A program made the position numbers and the translations under genes. Positions 24,601 through 38,063 of a DNA stretch of 64,000 bases are shown here, piece after piece. The stretch is taken from assembly GCF_009914755.1 (NCBI RefSeq), contig NC_060929.1; one strand, given 5' to 3'. Numbering within the stretch: position 1 is the first letter of the stretch; every line of letters begins with the position of its first letter. This stretch comes from the human T2T-CHM13v2.0 reference genome, Homo sapiens. The notes under the pieces are model-generated. The model was not told where the DNA came from. It did no database searches and was given only the letters and a program-made list of their open reading frames with translations.

Positions 24601-26537
24601 AATTCTTAAAATGAAACTTAAATATGTTTTAGAAAATGACAGCTAACACCAAAATGAAGCAGCCTCTTCAACAAAGTGCATTTCAGGTTGTCATGAACAA
24701 GCTTTTCTAAAGCAAAAAGGTTCATTTAGCTCCATAATGATCCAAAAACTCAGCTTCTAAGGAAGAAAAATAAATCCAACTCTTCCCTTGAATAGCTTTG
24801 CCCACACTCTGCACAGAATCAAGTTAATCATTCCAGGGATGGTTTACAACCCAAAGATGAGATTTTATTATTTTTATCATAATCTCAGCTAAACCTTGTA
24901 AAAGTGGTACAATCAGTCAGAAAATTAACTTTATTAAAATCTGATACATTATTAAATCAGGGATTTCCATGGAAGCAGATTCAGAAGGTTGAATGAATGT
25001 AATGCAAAGTGGAATTTCCTTTCATTTTGTACCCCCTCCCCTCATAAATCTTTGTCCTTCAATTTCATCAAGCAATCCTTTGTTCTGACATTCTGGGCAG
25101 GAAGTATGGTGACAACTGATCAACTTTCCTAACACCTCTCATGACTTTTGAATATGCACATGTTTGAATACATCAAACACATCTGCTTCAAGATAGTCCA
25201 TGCTAAATATTCTCAACATGTGTAATTCATATACAACACGAGTTCCCTTCCTCTCTTCTCCCCTTTAGGTAATAGCAGCTCACGATATACACACACTGTA
25301 GCTTTCCCAGACTGATTTTTTAAATGAAGGAAAACAAATTTGCAACAAGAATGTGCAAAGTGGTATGCTGCTATGTCCAAATAACCATCAAAAGTGAATT
25401 AAACTGAGGGAAGAGGAAAGAAATTTAAGCCTGAGACTTCATTGTGTGATTTTCAAAGGATTTTTCTGAGCGTCCTTTTCTCTATTATCACCTTACAAAT
25501 AGCCTAACATATGCCCATTGAGAAGAAATGGATACAAATATTTGTTTTTATGGCTTTACTACCTTCTTCTGGACTTAATGGAGGAAGTTTTTAAAGAAGA
25601 TATTTTATTATTCTCAAACAGCTTTTGCTTATGTTTCTTTATAGTAGCAAAAAGGCATGAAGTGAACACACAAAAATAACCATTACTATTGATGTCACGT
25701 TGAGTTACTTTTTCACATTGTTTTCTTGGTGTCTGTGGCTCATGTTGCTAGAAAAAGGTACTGATTGGTTAACAACTATTTTGAAGACCCTTCCACAGGG
25801 ATGTGTATGAATTAAGTTTGTGTGTATATGTAACAAGTTTGAAGAAGGCAAACTTCATATTGCCTTTCCCCAGTCATTAGCATCTTTCCTTTCATTTGTC
25901 TAAATTAAATACTACATGCCTTTTGTCTGCCCTCTTTCCCAATTTGCTTGGTTGCGTCTAAAATGTCTTCAAATTTGCCATTGCTTATCCTTGAAGGAAG
26001 AGAATTACTGGCATTGAACATCCATAACCAGGCTTCAAATTTGGTTCAGAAAGAAATCTGGTAGACACTATTATCTGTATTTGGGCTTCAGGTTACTTAT
26101 TTGAGGATGTTCAAAAAATAAGGATACTCACATAGAGTTTAATTGAATAGATTTCCTAGGAAGTTAAACGTAATTTATGGAAAAGCATATTCAGTTCCTA
26201 CTCCCATAAGCAGCACTCAACAAGGGTGGGGGTTGATGTGCTGCTACTAAACGCTGCCTCGCAAGCCCACAAGTCCTTTCCTTTCCTAGCTGGTTTTCAA
26301 TTCATGAAGAGATCTGATCTTTACCCTATGGTTACTTATTTCCTTTAAAAGTCAGGAAAAATGAGAGACTTTATTAAAATGTCTTAGAAAAGATGGCATA
26401 TTCCTCAAAAGCTGGCTCCTGCCTCCCAGCTTCTCTCTTCCCCCATTTTCACTGGGATTTTAAACATGACTCTGGTTACCCAAGTCTTGGTAGAATTTTC
26501 TCTTCATTTCTCACATATTCCTCTGACCAGATCAAAA

Positions 26538-26841
26538 TTTTATTTTATCTTATTTTTGAGACAGGGTCTCTATCTGTCACCCAGGCTGGAGTGCAGTGGC
26601 TAGATCATGGCTCACTGCGGCCTCGACCTCCCTGGGTTCAGGTGATCCTCCCACCTCAGCCTCCTGACTAGCTGGGACCACAGGTGTGTGCCACCACACC
26701 CAACTAATTTTTTGTATTTTTTGTAGAAACAGGGTTTTGCCATGTTGCCCAGGCTGGTGTTGAATATCTGGGCTCAAGTGATCCTACCACCCTGGCCTCC
26801 CAAAGTGCTGGGATTACAGGTGTGAACCACTGCACCCGGCG
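26538..26841 (-). mobile_element. AluJ (Jo/Jr-like), full length
   Basis: gagacagggtctc..ctcactgcggcctcgacctccctggg..ttgcccaggctgg..gggctcaagtgatcct are J-type diagnostics. Confidence 0.93.
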
Positions 26842-27479
26842 TCCAGAAATTGTAAAATAGCAAGAGCTTGCAAATTGGAATAAACAATTCCACAGGCATT
26901 CCAAGTACCCATTAAGACTTGCGGTTATTAGGAGAGATGTATGTGGAAATGGCCTACGAAGGCTAGTAGACTGGTATACGGGTCTTAAAATTCACCCAAT
27001 GTAAGTATTTTTCAATGAGTTATTTCTCAATTTAAAAAAATTAAAATAGGGTCCCATAGTTATATATGTTGTATTAAGAACATTGCACATTACTTATTCC
27101 TACCTGAAAGATTTCCCAGCCACTGTGAACCCTTAGTTTTCCTCCCAGGCCTCTGCTCTACAAGAGGGATCTTGCTATGTGTGGCCCTAGCAGCTACCCT
27201 CAAACTTGGTCTTAGCTCTTCAAAAACCATGAGAGTTCTTTTTATAGTGACACTGAACAGACCATCTCTTTGTGACTGTCTTAATGAAAATGGACCTCAG
27301 CTAGAACATACAAATGCACATACCCTTTCTCCACGCCCCCACACACAAATTCCCTTGCTTCCAAACCAAAATGCCTTTACTTTCCTTTGATTTTCCACGT
27401 GCCTTTTTGAAAGTAAAGAGCTACATTGTTTTAGGCCAGTTTCAGTGAATGGGTCATTTCTCCGCCTTACTTCTGCATT

Positions 27480-28120
27480 ATAAACACACTAGTGATAACA
27501 ATTAATGAGAGGAAGGGTTTTTATGATAGTGCCCAGCATCCTGTTTTCAGCTCTTAAATTCTCCCTATATATGCACGGATCCTATTACCCCTGGGCGAGC
27601 TCTTATTAATCTCAGTGTCGGAGCTGTTTCAACAAATCTACTGTAATAATGAAAAGTCATCTTATCACACTTTGCTCTCAGTAAATTTACCATTCTTTGA
27701 TAAGGTTGCAAACAACTGGGAAGTAATTGATCTGTAATTAGCGTGGCAACTGCTGAAGAGAGGCTGTGCTGGGGTTTCATCATTTATCTGCCCAGCACAG
27801 TGCATCCTGCTCGTGCACACTAAATTATTTAGCATTCCTTTCAAATACAAATGGTCTCAATGGGTCCTCCATTATTTTAAGAACTTTCTGAAGAGGAGGC
27901 TAACACTTAAATTTCTGATTATCTGTCACCAGTGCAGTGCTTAAAGGAGCTGGGAGTGGAAGGGGATCATTTTTCACACACGACTTGCCTGCTGAAGCCG
28001 GCCTGTGCTATGAATGGAGAAGGGCAGGGGCTCTTTGATCTGAACCAAACTTGCACAATTTATCTTTTAAATGCACTAAGCCTTTTGATAAATGTCAATT
28101 TGACAATTAAATTCTTCAAG
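27480..28120. promoter_or_regulatory. Candidate conserved developmental enhancer (homeodomain/TALE/GATA motif-rich, repeat-free)
   Basis: Motif content and composition only. Confidence 0.35.
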
Positions 28121-28444
28121 GGCCACAATATATCACCATCACAGTGTCTATTTTTGAGGGTCGGTCAGCCATAACATCTTTCAGCAGACTGCAGCAAGCA
28201 GAAGTCAGAGGGGAAATGACAGCTCTCAGGCCTAGCTCTTCTACACATGGTAGTTTTATCTCTTGGTAAGTAAAATAGCTGTGATCTTTCCCTTCAAGAC
28301 ATTCACAACTCCAGTGGCAGAGTGCATGGTTGGCCTGACAACCTAAAGGCATTGTGTTCAAGATCTGTTCTCTTATCATTTCTCTGATAGTTCAGGGGAG
28401 AAAGGAACAAACCCCTTTCTGTTACATGGCCTTTTGAAACTATT

Positions 28445-28492
28445 TCTCTCTCTCTCTCTATTTATATATATATACCACACACATATATGCAT

Positions 28493-28526
<34 letters not shown>

Positions 28527-28535
28527 TTTTTTTTT
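28445..28535 (+). repeat. Compound (TC)n(TA)n(CA)n(TA)n microsatellite plus T run
   Basis: Directly visible. Confidence 0.9.
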
Positions 28536-30361
28536 CCCTCTTCTCAAAGATATTTTCCTTTGTATTTTGCAAGAGATGAGCTAAGGCAAGTCTTCCATTC
28601 ACAGAGGTATCAGAGTCAGGAAGAGGAATGGAAGTAGAACCACTGAGTTGTGACTTTGGTTTTATGGAAGACCCAATTTATCCTTTGATTATAAAGGTTA
28701 CTGATTAAGTTGGAGACTGTGGATGCAGTTGCAGGTTGAAGGGAATGGGGAAAATAAATAGCAGGCATGATGATTTGGGGTAAAATTTCATCTTTGAGGA
28801 CATTCCAATTTTTTAGGCTATGGGAACTTCGAAGTTATGTCTTGCCTAAACTCAGATCTTTCTATGCATCTTTGAGATGAAAATAGCTATCAGATTATGA
28901 AGAAGGATTGCTCCCTGCCTTCTCAGGGTTTACATTCAAAAGCACTTCTTCTCTTTGCTCTTTTTGCACCATGAAAACTCAATGCTAGCTGGAAGAATAA
29001 CAATTGTAATGTGACATTTTGAAGTGTTTCACATGAAAGATTATTTTGAACTCCATGGTTACGAAGGAGTTTCTGAAGAGCTGACAAGGGAGGACCCTTT
29101 GGACATAACAACAATGCCTCTGTGATCACCTTTCAAGCTCTTCCATCATCATAGATAGTGTTGCCATGGCCCAATGCGGCCCCACCACTCAGATATTTGG
29201 CATTGATGTGATACTATCTTCTGACAAACTGACATTTCAGTATGATTGTGAAGAAGACTAAAGCTCCCAGATTAGATGGCTGACCTGCTGAAAATACACA
29301 CGTTAAGATGCTGTGCAGATGTCTGCTTGTTACCTTTCCTCAAGGATAGAAGAATCACTATAATCCTTACTATCTCTAAGAAAAAGTGAAAAAGACCCAA
29401 CTGACTGTCTTTAGGGTGCTTCAATGCTTTCAACACGGATTAATTTTTTGGTTGGGCTATCATGCAGCATTGTCAATCGAACCCTCCTAGAATTGTCGTG
29501 TGACATCAGCTCTCAGAACAGCTGCAGTCATGAGTGCTGAAGGTTAGCTACAAAAGAAATGCAGATCACTTTCCTGACCTTCATAATGTCTGAAGCCTTT
29601 AACTTTCTGTGAAGGACTGAGAATAAAAATTATTTTGCAGATGGGGCTACCAGAGGATATTTGTCATGGGCTTAAGATTATTTCATGAAGGTAAGACCGG
29701 GTATAATGACTACACAAGAAAAAATATTATTTTGGCCAAGGCCATTTCTAGATGGAGTTCTACATAACACCAACCCCTCTAGATGAAATTTGCTCAGTGA
29801 TCATTTAGCTTTTCACTGGCAGCTGTATAGTGTGTAGGTCTTTGTTGTGCCATATATATTAATTTAAGGGACATACTTGCCTTGTAAATAAACTCCTATT
29901 TGGTGTTTTCCTCATATTTTTCTCCAACTATATCTTATTGGATATATCTAAGAGGTCAGTGGGTAGGTAAACCTTTACAAACCTTCGATGGATAAAAAAT
30001 CATCTATTTTAAGTACTGATATTCAGATCAATGCTTTTCATAATATATGTTAATGTATATTTTTAAGAGATTGGCAAAGTCCTTTGGAATGATATTGCTA
30101 ATGTAATAAACTTCTAAAGTCTCCTTTTCTCTGTAAACTGTCTTTTTAAATATCACTAAATGAATCATACAGATTAAACATATGGAAATCAGATTGAACA
30201 CTTAATTCCTAATTGAGAATTTCATCATTTACCCTGAAATAGCACTTAGTAAGTATCTCCTGTTATTTAACATTCTCCATGCATTACTGGATGAACAGCT
30301 GCAAGAACTATCCAGAGCTTTATCTTTTTCACTGTCTTTTGCTGCATCACACACTGCAGAC

Positions 30362-31350
30362 CAGGCCTATCCTTAACACTGGCGGGGCTTGAAGCAGGAG
30401 TACAGATGTAGGTTAGTATATCATATGTCGTAATATGTAAAAGGTAGACATTATATCTACAAATATAAAAGTTATACATTGAAGCTAGCTGCCAATAAAA
30501 TATACTTTCTTCATCTACCTTGATAAATATAGGTTCATAACAACAAAATGGAGTAATATGTATAAAGAATACATATAAAGAATAATATGTATATTATAAA
30601 ATAATATGTTTTTATATGACTGAATGTCAGCAAAATACAAAAGATGACAAAATTTAATTATTTTTTGATTTTTGTTGATGTGCTGCTGATGTTTGGATAA
30701 ATAACAAAAAAAGACACATATAATTCATAAATTATTATATATTTATCCCTCAAAATTGTGTCTTGCCTTCCTTTCCTTTGCCCCTTAAAATTTTGTCTTG
30801 CCTTGCCTTTTTATTTAGGTGAAATTCACATAACATAAAATTGATCATTTTAAAATGAACAATTCAGCATCATTTGGGATATTCACAGTGTTGTGCAATT
30901 ACTATCCCTATCTACTTACAAAACATTTTCATACCCCAACCTGTTAAGCACTTACTTTCCATTTCTCCCTCTCCCCAAGCCCTCATAGTCACGTGCAAAA
31001 TTCTATTGTAATAATTAAGAGTTTCACATAACTTTTGTTCTATTTCCAAGAATAAAGTGTTAAACGTAAAGGGTAACAGAAAAGTATATGACATTTGAAT
31101 ATAATTTTAAGTCAAAATTTAAATCCAACAAAAAATTAATATTAGTTTTTGTATATTTTTCAAAAGTTATTTTTATTCTAAAATGTCAAAAGTTATATAT
31201 TAAAATGAAAAGGCAAATTATAATAAGTGACAATTACCAGAATATCAAAATTCCAAGAAAACTTTAAAAGATAAAGTCAACTGTAAAATTTACTTTAAAA
31301 AAATAAAAAGCTCAATTACTTTTATAAAAATAAAAATAGACACAGTATTA
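30362..31350. mobile_element. hAT-Tip100 DNA transposon remnant (Zaphod/MER115-like), very AT-rich
   Basis: Terminus caggcctatcctt..gcaggagtacagatgtagg..aataaaatatactttcttcatctaccttgataaatata resembles the recalled Zaphod/MER115 end; right boundary uncertain. Confidence 0.5.
30810..30991 (-). mobile_element. L1MB-type 3' end fragment
   Basis: ggtgaaattcacataacataaaattgatcattttaaaatgaacaattcag..attcacagtgttgtgcaa. Confidence 0.85.
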
Positions 31351-31357
31351 ATATTCT

Positions 31358-31674
31358 GTGTCTGAATAGGAAATAAAAAGCAAGTTAGAGGGAACTCCTG
31401 CCTGACTACCTTTAAGTTGGAACATTGGTTTTTTTCCTGCCTTCAGATTCACACTGAAACACAGCTCTTCCTGGGTCATGAGCCTGCTGGTCTTCAGATT
31501 GGAACTACACTATCAGCTTTCCTGTGTCTCCAGCTGGCTGACTGTGAATCTTTGGACTTGGGACTTGTCAGCCTCCATAATTTATTGAGCCAATTTGGTA
31601 TAATAAATCTCTCTCTCCCTCTCTCTCTGTAGGTATATATTATTTGTTCTGTTTCTCTGTAGAACTCTAGTACA
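31358..31674 (+). mobile_element. MLT2 (MLT2B-like, ERVL) LTR 3' part
   Basis: ttttcctgccttcagattcacactgaaac..gggacttgtcagcctccataat..aataaatctctctc..ttctgtttctctgtagaac. Confidence 0.85.
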
Positions 31675-31675
31675 T

Positions 31676-31872
31676 CCCTTTCCCAGGGTTTGTTGTTGTG
31701 GCTATTTGTTTGTTTAATGACTTTCTTGAAGTAATTCATACAGTTGTACTCTTTGTTGTGTGCTGCCCATGTAGTCTCTACTTGGTTAGTTTAGTGGTCA
31801 GCTAATGATTGAACAGACATTTGCTTAAATTCCAGGACCAATAAATCTCCCTCCCACACTTTGCTGAGAGGC

Positions 31873-31907
<35 letters not shown>

Positions 31908-32688
31908 TGGGACACACCTTCAATTCTAGGGAAGTTCACAACTCTGCCTTAGTCTTCACTTCTTGCTTGTACAGAACTAACTCTCAGCTAGAGTTGAGAG
32001 ATTAGGGCCTCTTCAGGTCTTTCCTGATCATACACACAGTGCTGCAAATGCACATGGCTATCTAGATTCCCAGGAGTATGTCAAAACTTTTCAAAATCTC
32101 CTACAGACCTCTAATGACCCACACTTACCATTTAATTATTTTGGTTAGCCTCTTGTTTGCCCCAGCTTGGAGTACTGCTTCATGCAGCTGCAATAATAAA
32201 CAATTGCCACTGACTGTTTTCAACAAATGGTTTGGGTATTGAGCTTTTCTCATGGAGTGAACTCTGAGTCAGGTCAAATAAAGAAAATCTTTCTAATTTT
32301 TTTTAAGGGAGCTGACAGATCAAACAGTGGTAATTCTCTCCGTGTAAGGCTTTTGGAGGAGATCCAAACCCAGCCCTGTTCAGTGGCTGCCAGGATTTTG
32401 GTTTTCACAGCCACCATGACTGTGAGGCTCCCAGATTTCAAAGCTACCACATAGTTAGAGAGAGGAAAACAGGAATGGAGCAAGTTAAAACACCACAAAA
32501 TGTACTATTCTTATCAAAGTTTAGCCCTTTTTTTTGAATAAATGCTTCTCTAATTGTTGCAAGTCTTTGGTTAATTTCCAAAGTTCTGAAAAGGTTAATT
32601 TTGGCCATTTGGGGCCAGTTTTTAAATTGCTTTTATATACAACAGATTTTGTCAGGTTCTTACTCTGCCAGTTTAGAAGTGCTTCCTC
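31676..32688 (-). mobile_element. L1MD/L1MC-type 5' end region
   Basis: gtttagtggtcagctaatgattgaacagac..caactctgccttagtcttcacttcttgctt..aataaatgcttctctaattgttgcaag..ttactctgccagtttagaagtg. Confidence 0.75.
31873..31907 (+). repeat. (TG)14 microsatellite with imperfect extension
   Basis: Directly visible. Confidence 0.95.
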
Positions 32689-32899
32689 TATTCTGCAAGT
32701 TTTACACGTTCAAAACTTTTGTCTGTCATCTTTACACTTGCTGGAAATAAAAGTTTGGCTGAATATAAAATGATTGGCTTACACTATTCTTTCCTTAAGC
32801 ATGTTAAATTGTTGAGGTGCTGAAAACTTCTTTGGAGAGATTTGAAGCCAGCCTAATTTTTGCCTTTCTAGGAGACTTGACCCGTTAGCCTTGCTGTGC

Positions 32900-33226
32900 T
32901 CCCCAGGTTGACAAGACTTCATGTCTATTGCCACACATTGACATTGAGAAGGTAATGTGTCCTGAGCGCAATGGAAGCTTCATGTTGGCAACTCGACCAG
33001 ATTCTGCCCTGAGTGTCTCTTTTGCTGGCTGTTTTTTTGTATTCTTTCTCTATAATTAACCATATTATGAGAATAATAGTTTTAAGTGAGTTCTGTGAGA
33101 ACTTCCAATCAATTATCAAGACTGATGGTGATTTTGGGCTTCCTTAAACTTGAAGTTGGTATCAGAAGTGAAGGTGGTTATGTGGAAGACTATGCCCTCA
33201 GACCTTGCAATTTGGTTAACTCTGGG
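32900..33226 (+). mobile_element. ERVL LTR fragment (MER21/MER68/MER77 group)
   Basis: caatggaagcttcatgttgg..gtgagttctgtgagaacttccaatcaattatcaa..gttggtatcagaagtgaaggtggt. Confidence 0.65.
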
Positions 33227-33264
33227 AATGCCCATTTTAAAAGAGATTTTTTTCTTTTTAAAAT

Positions 33265-33525
33265 TAAATAATTGATTTTTTTACATATTCTGAATATAGG
33301 CACTTTGCCAGATATATATAAGACAAACATTTTCTCCCTGTGCAGTTTGCCTATTTATTTTTTAAGCGTCTTCTGATAAGCAGAAGTTTCAACTCTGAAG
33401 ACATCTAATTCATTATTTTTTTCTTTTGTGGATAGTGCTTTCTGTGTCCTGCCTAAAAAATCTTTTCTTGCTCTGGTGTCATAAAAATATTTTGACATGT
33501 TTTCCCTAGAAGCTTTATGGCCTTT
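33265..33525 (-). mobile_element. Old L1M ORF2 3' fragment
   Basis: tacatattctgaatataggcactttgccagatatat..tgataagcagaagttt..tagtgctttctgtgtcctgcctaaaaaatc. Confidence 0.8.
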
Positions 33526-35859
33526 GTATGTACTTTAGAATTCGTTGATTATATCTGTCTCCTATCTTCTCACTGAAAATAATGTTTACAGAAGTTTTCT
33601 TTATTTACTTTGTGCTTTTACATAGAGGAAAGGAGAGAAAATGCTGACATATGATATCCTGTTCTTACAGGAATCTACGGCAATATAATTTTAATTTAGA
33701 AAACCAATCCCAATATCCCATCAACTTCATATATTTGGAATCTGTTCTATTACTAAGAAGGATTAGTTTTTTTCTCCTTTATAGCTCACTTGAAAGTAAA
33801 CTTTACTCAAGGAGATTGTAGTATCAGCCCCAGATAAGATGAGTGTATAATATTGAAAGAAACACCTCACTTCTTCTTCTGACGAGGAGAATAATGACAT
33901 GTGCATTTGACAAAGGAAATGTGGAAATAGAGACCCAATGGCCCACGCTCAAATATTGACAGATGGCATTTGGGTAAGGAGGAACAAGGGAAGAAACAGG
34001 ACAAAAAAGGCCATAATAAGATTTTCAATCTAGGTGTTTCCTTTTTTTCTTAAAAATAATTAGAAAACTTGTAGTTTCCATGTCTATAATAATCTCGGAA
34101 CTTCCTATCATGGACCTGGTGACTTACAAATACTGGTCTGGTCCATTTGGAGGAAGGAGAACTGAATGCATTTTGTATAGAAAAGAGACATTTGGTAAAA
34201 ATGATCTAGAAAAAGATAGGTAAATTGAAGTCTTAAATATAATTATGTTGCAGCCTAGCCCAACTTACCACTAATAGAAACGTGAGTGGGTTCAGAATTT
34301 GTCTTGAAAGAGATTAAGCAGTAAGTTAGTAAGAATGGCAGAAGGAATGTGTGTTACAGTGGATTTAACTATTACTGAGTCTTCCAGACAGAGTTGAGAT
34401 CATGACTAAGCATTTACTGCTGTGAGAAGGAATAGGAAAGTATTACTGGGAAAAATCTTTTGCACAGACCCTTTTGCTGAGGTATCAACCAAACCAGTGC
34501 ATATATGCATGTTTATAAATATGAATGTGTTATTTGTAAAACATGCATATAGTTTTCCTGTTCATTATTTCCTGTCTAACAATCTAAGGCAAGTACACTA
34601 TACGAGTTAAGACTAAGCAATTCTTTCATTTTTTTTATGATAAGGATGACTAGTTTTGAAATTAGAAATATTTTATGAGTTTTTGATCCCACTTATAAGG
34701 CTGATGATATTTAATTCAGACTGTATAAAGCCTCCCTCATTCTCTTAGTATGACAGTCTGGAAGTTGTTTAAATAGGATATAGTCTGGAGTTAAGGTGTT
34801 TTATATGGCCTTCATGTATTTAGGCATGAAAACTTAATTTTTGTCCTTGGCTACAAAATTGTTATTTCCTTTCACAGACAGCTACTGACATCACTGTACC
34901 CAACAAAATAATATTCAACTGATTTTTGCTAATGTAAGTTCATGGGAAAAAAAAGAAGCAGAACTCTTTGGAAAATAGAAAATGTTCATTTCCTTTTCTC
35001 TGTTTCCACAAAATGACAAGAGTATCAATGAACTGACAAATGCACAGAGTGCCAATTTCATCTGAGGATTCCACTATTTCAGAAACGCAGGTGCAGATTA
35101 ATATATCTTTAGATTTATATTTCAAGATGAAATTTTAACACTGCAATGCTCTTGACATATAATAAAACATAAATAATATTCAGCAGTTATATTCCATTCT
35201 GAAATTATCCTACCTATTCTCATCATTTATCATTCCTTTCTAACTATAGAAATCTATAACTCTTAACCCAACGAGTTCTAACTCTTTCATCTTCTTTGAG
35301 ACTGCAATTGTAGCAGGATTAATAAATTAGTTTCTTGCCTCAGTTCAGTGGTCATCTACAATCTTTATTTGACATATTCTTGATCCGCTCCCTAATTACA
35401 ATAAAAAGATTCTTTAGAAATAATAAAAACAACTAGGTTTTTATAAATATTATAAATATTATATTTACAGTCATTGATTGTATTACTGAAGGATTACCCA
35501 TTATAGCCACCAAGTTACTTGTACTTCTAACAAAGCTATATTCTCCTGACACTGCTTTGCTTCTAAGATTCAAATTGCAATGGGAAAACCCAATAGCAGC
35601 CTTTTTCCAGCTGGGTTCCTTGAAGTATTAGAATGCTGCAGACAGAATATAATAGGTCTTTAGCCAAAATAAAAAGAAGAGGTAGAATTTCATGAGAAAA
35701 TGTATTTGGAAAATGTTCTGTTAAAACAAGGCCTTTATTCTTTACCACAGAATTCTCATGACTTTTGATATGCTAATATGTTTTGTGACTTTCTGAAAAC
35801 AGATCTTAACAGGTTAATCTTCAAGTTCCCTTTCTATCTAGGTATTGGAATCAATCTTA

Positions 35860-36190
35860 AACACATCAGTGAGGGACTAATTAAATAAATTGCACAATAG
35901 CTATACAGTAGAATATTGTACAGCCATCAAACATAGTTTTTACAATAATTTTGAATGGTATAGGGACCTGCTAATGATGTAATGATATTGAGTAAAAATA
36001 ATACATAACTATAGAGAATTTGTCATCATGTACATAGAAAATAACTGAAAGGAATATACACAGAAGAAAAAGTGGCCATGATTTTTTCTAGGTTGAGGAG
36101 TTATGGTCAATTTTTTTCTTCCTTGCATTTCTTCCTACAAATGTCACTTCTTAACAAATAACGTATATTACTTTTATGATATGAAGAAAG
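35860..36190 (+). mobile_element. L1ME-type 3' fragment
   Basis: gggactaattaaataaattg..atacagtagaatattgtacagccat..ctgaaaggaatatacac..tattacttttatgat. Confidence 0.6.
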
Positions 36191-36302
36191 TTAAAAGTTT
36201 CTCTTTTTTCATTTTCTGTTACAATCAGCCTATCATTATTTCTCATCTCAACTACTTATTTGCCTCTTTACTTTCCCTTTACCTCGAATCAATCCTTTCT
36301 AT

Positions 36303-36490
36303 AAGTGGTCGGCAAACTGTAGCCACAGGCCCTATTGGTGCACTGTCTGTCTTCATAAATAACGTTTTGTTGAAATACAAACATGTCCACTTATTTACGT
36401 ATTTTCTAATACTGCTTCTGCTTCACAATGACAGAGTTGAGTAGTTCGATTATAACAGAGATCAAATAGTCCACAAAGCCTGAAATGCTT
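36303..36490. mobile_element. MER58A hAT-Charlie DNA transposon (partial)
   Basis: gtggtcggcaaactgtagccacaggcc..aatgacagagttgagtagtt..ccacaaagcctgaaat. Confidence 0.8.
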
Positions 36491-36586
36491 TGTGAGGCTC
36501 CCAGGGTGCAAAATTTAAAGAGGAATTCCCTTTCAGGGTAATTGTGTTCAAACATGTGAAGCACTGAACTGTGCAGGAGATGCTGG

Positions 36587-37019
36587 TGTCCGTTTGGGCC
36601 TCTGAGGAGCAGACACAATGAAAAAATTAGTTGTGCTAGAGACGTATTGGAGGAAATGCCTATGAAGATAAGGCAGAGAAGGAGCAGGAGGAGTTGTGTA
36701 TGGGGGGTGCCAAGGGGCATCAGACCAATAGACAGGTTCAACCCTTGTGAATAGAGTGAGTGACAAAGTTTGGTTAGGAGCAGCTTCAGAGCACGGTGCT
36801 TTCTGGGAAAGTCTCAGCCAAGCCAATGGGAAGCCCAAGAACAAGACTGGAAGGAGAGGAATCCTGCAGTAAGCAGGAATGGCCTGGATCTAATAACCCT
36901 GCCTTGAACACCACGGTGGGTCCACGGATGTCACTGCTGGAGGCTGTCAGCTGAATATGCACACAACAGAAAGCTCTTTTAAAGAGACATCCACACAGTA
37001 CACCTCCATGGCCACCACA
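36587..37019 (-). mobile_element. LTR16A-like ERVL LTR
   Basis: gaggagcagacac..ggaggaaatgcctatgaagataagg..gaaagtctcagccaagccaatggg..cacctccatggccaccaca. Confidence 0.75.
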
Positions 37020-37052
37020 GTGCTTATTAACATTTGCCCATGTGATTTAAGG

Positions 37053-37670
37053 TGTATAGTGGACATTGTGTTTATTTCCTCCCAAACCACCTGCAATGGA
37101 TTGAATGTTTGCATGTTTGCATCTCTCCAAAATGTATATATTGAAATCCAAAACCCTGAAGTGATTATAAGGAAATGGAGCCTTTGGGAGGTGATTGGGT
37201 CATAAGGGTGAAGCCCTCATCATTGAGATTAGTGCCCTTATAAAAGGACCCAGGGAGCTCTCTTGCCCTCTTTCTGCCATGTAAGCATATAATAAGAAGA
37301 AGGCAGTCTGCAACCGAAAGTGAGCCCTCATCAGGACCCAACCATAGTGGCAACTGATCTCTGACTTCCAGCCTCCAGAATGGTGAGAAATTAATTTCTG
37401 TTGTTTATGTGCTGCCCAGTCTATGGTGCTTTGTAACACCAGCCCAAAATGACTAAGGCACCATCCTACATTCCCTTTCTAGTTTGAAAGAGATAGGCCC
37501 TGTTTTGGACTTAGGCAATCAGAGTTAGGTCATCCCTAGTGCCATAGTGATTGTTGCAGCGATGGTTGAAGAAGAGTGAAGTTTAGGACATTTAGTCAGT
37601 GGTTACTGTTAATGGTAGCTTCTCTCTCCTTGAGTGTGAATGAGGAAGCATGTAACCCTGTCTACTGCTA
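37053..37670 (+). mobile_element. Old ERVL LTR (LTR33-like) 5' part, interrupted by MLT1A
   Basis: tgtatagtggacattgtg..|ccatcctacattcccttt..ggcaatcagag..tgccatagtgattg; tentative. Confidence 0.4.
37092..37460 (+). mobile_element. MLT1A-type MaLR solo LTR
   Basis: tgcaatggattgaatg..gacttccagcctccagaa..gactaaggca; TSD ccacc/ccatc. Confidence 0.9.
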
Positions 37671-38063
37671 GTATTCTGTATTAGTCAAGAATGCTTTTAG
37701 CCAAAAGAAACAAAAAGACCCCTCCTTAATGTGATTTGTTATTGTGAAAGAACAAGAGGGTGGAGAATGAGAGTTTACTGACATTGATTCAGTGGTTTTG
37801 AGGCAATGTCTCCATGATTTGCTTGGTCTTTTTGTTGCAGCAGCTCCATCCTCACACATGTGTATTCAGTGGCAATAGGCAGAGATGACAAAAGGCACAA
37901 GGCACCATTTTTCCTCACATATATTCCTCCCATTAACAATGGAAACGTGTCATTCATAGACACTCCTAAAGCTATTTGCTTGTCCAGAACTGATTTGCAT
38001 ACTCACCTTTAAACCAGACTGAGAGCCCACCTTCTCTGAGATGGGGGCATCTCTGTTAAACAC

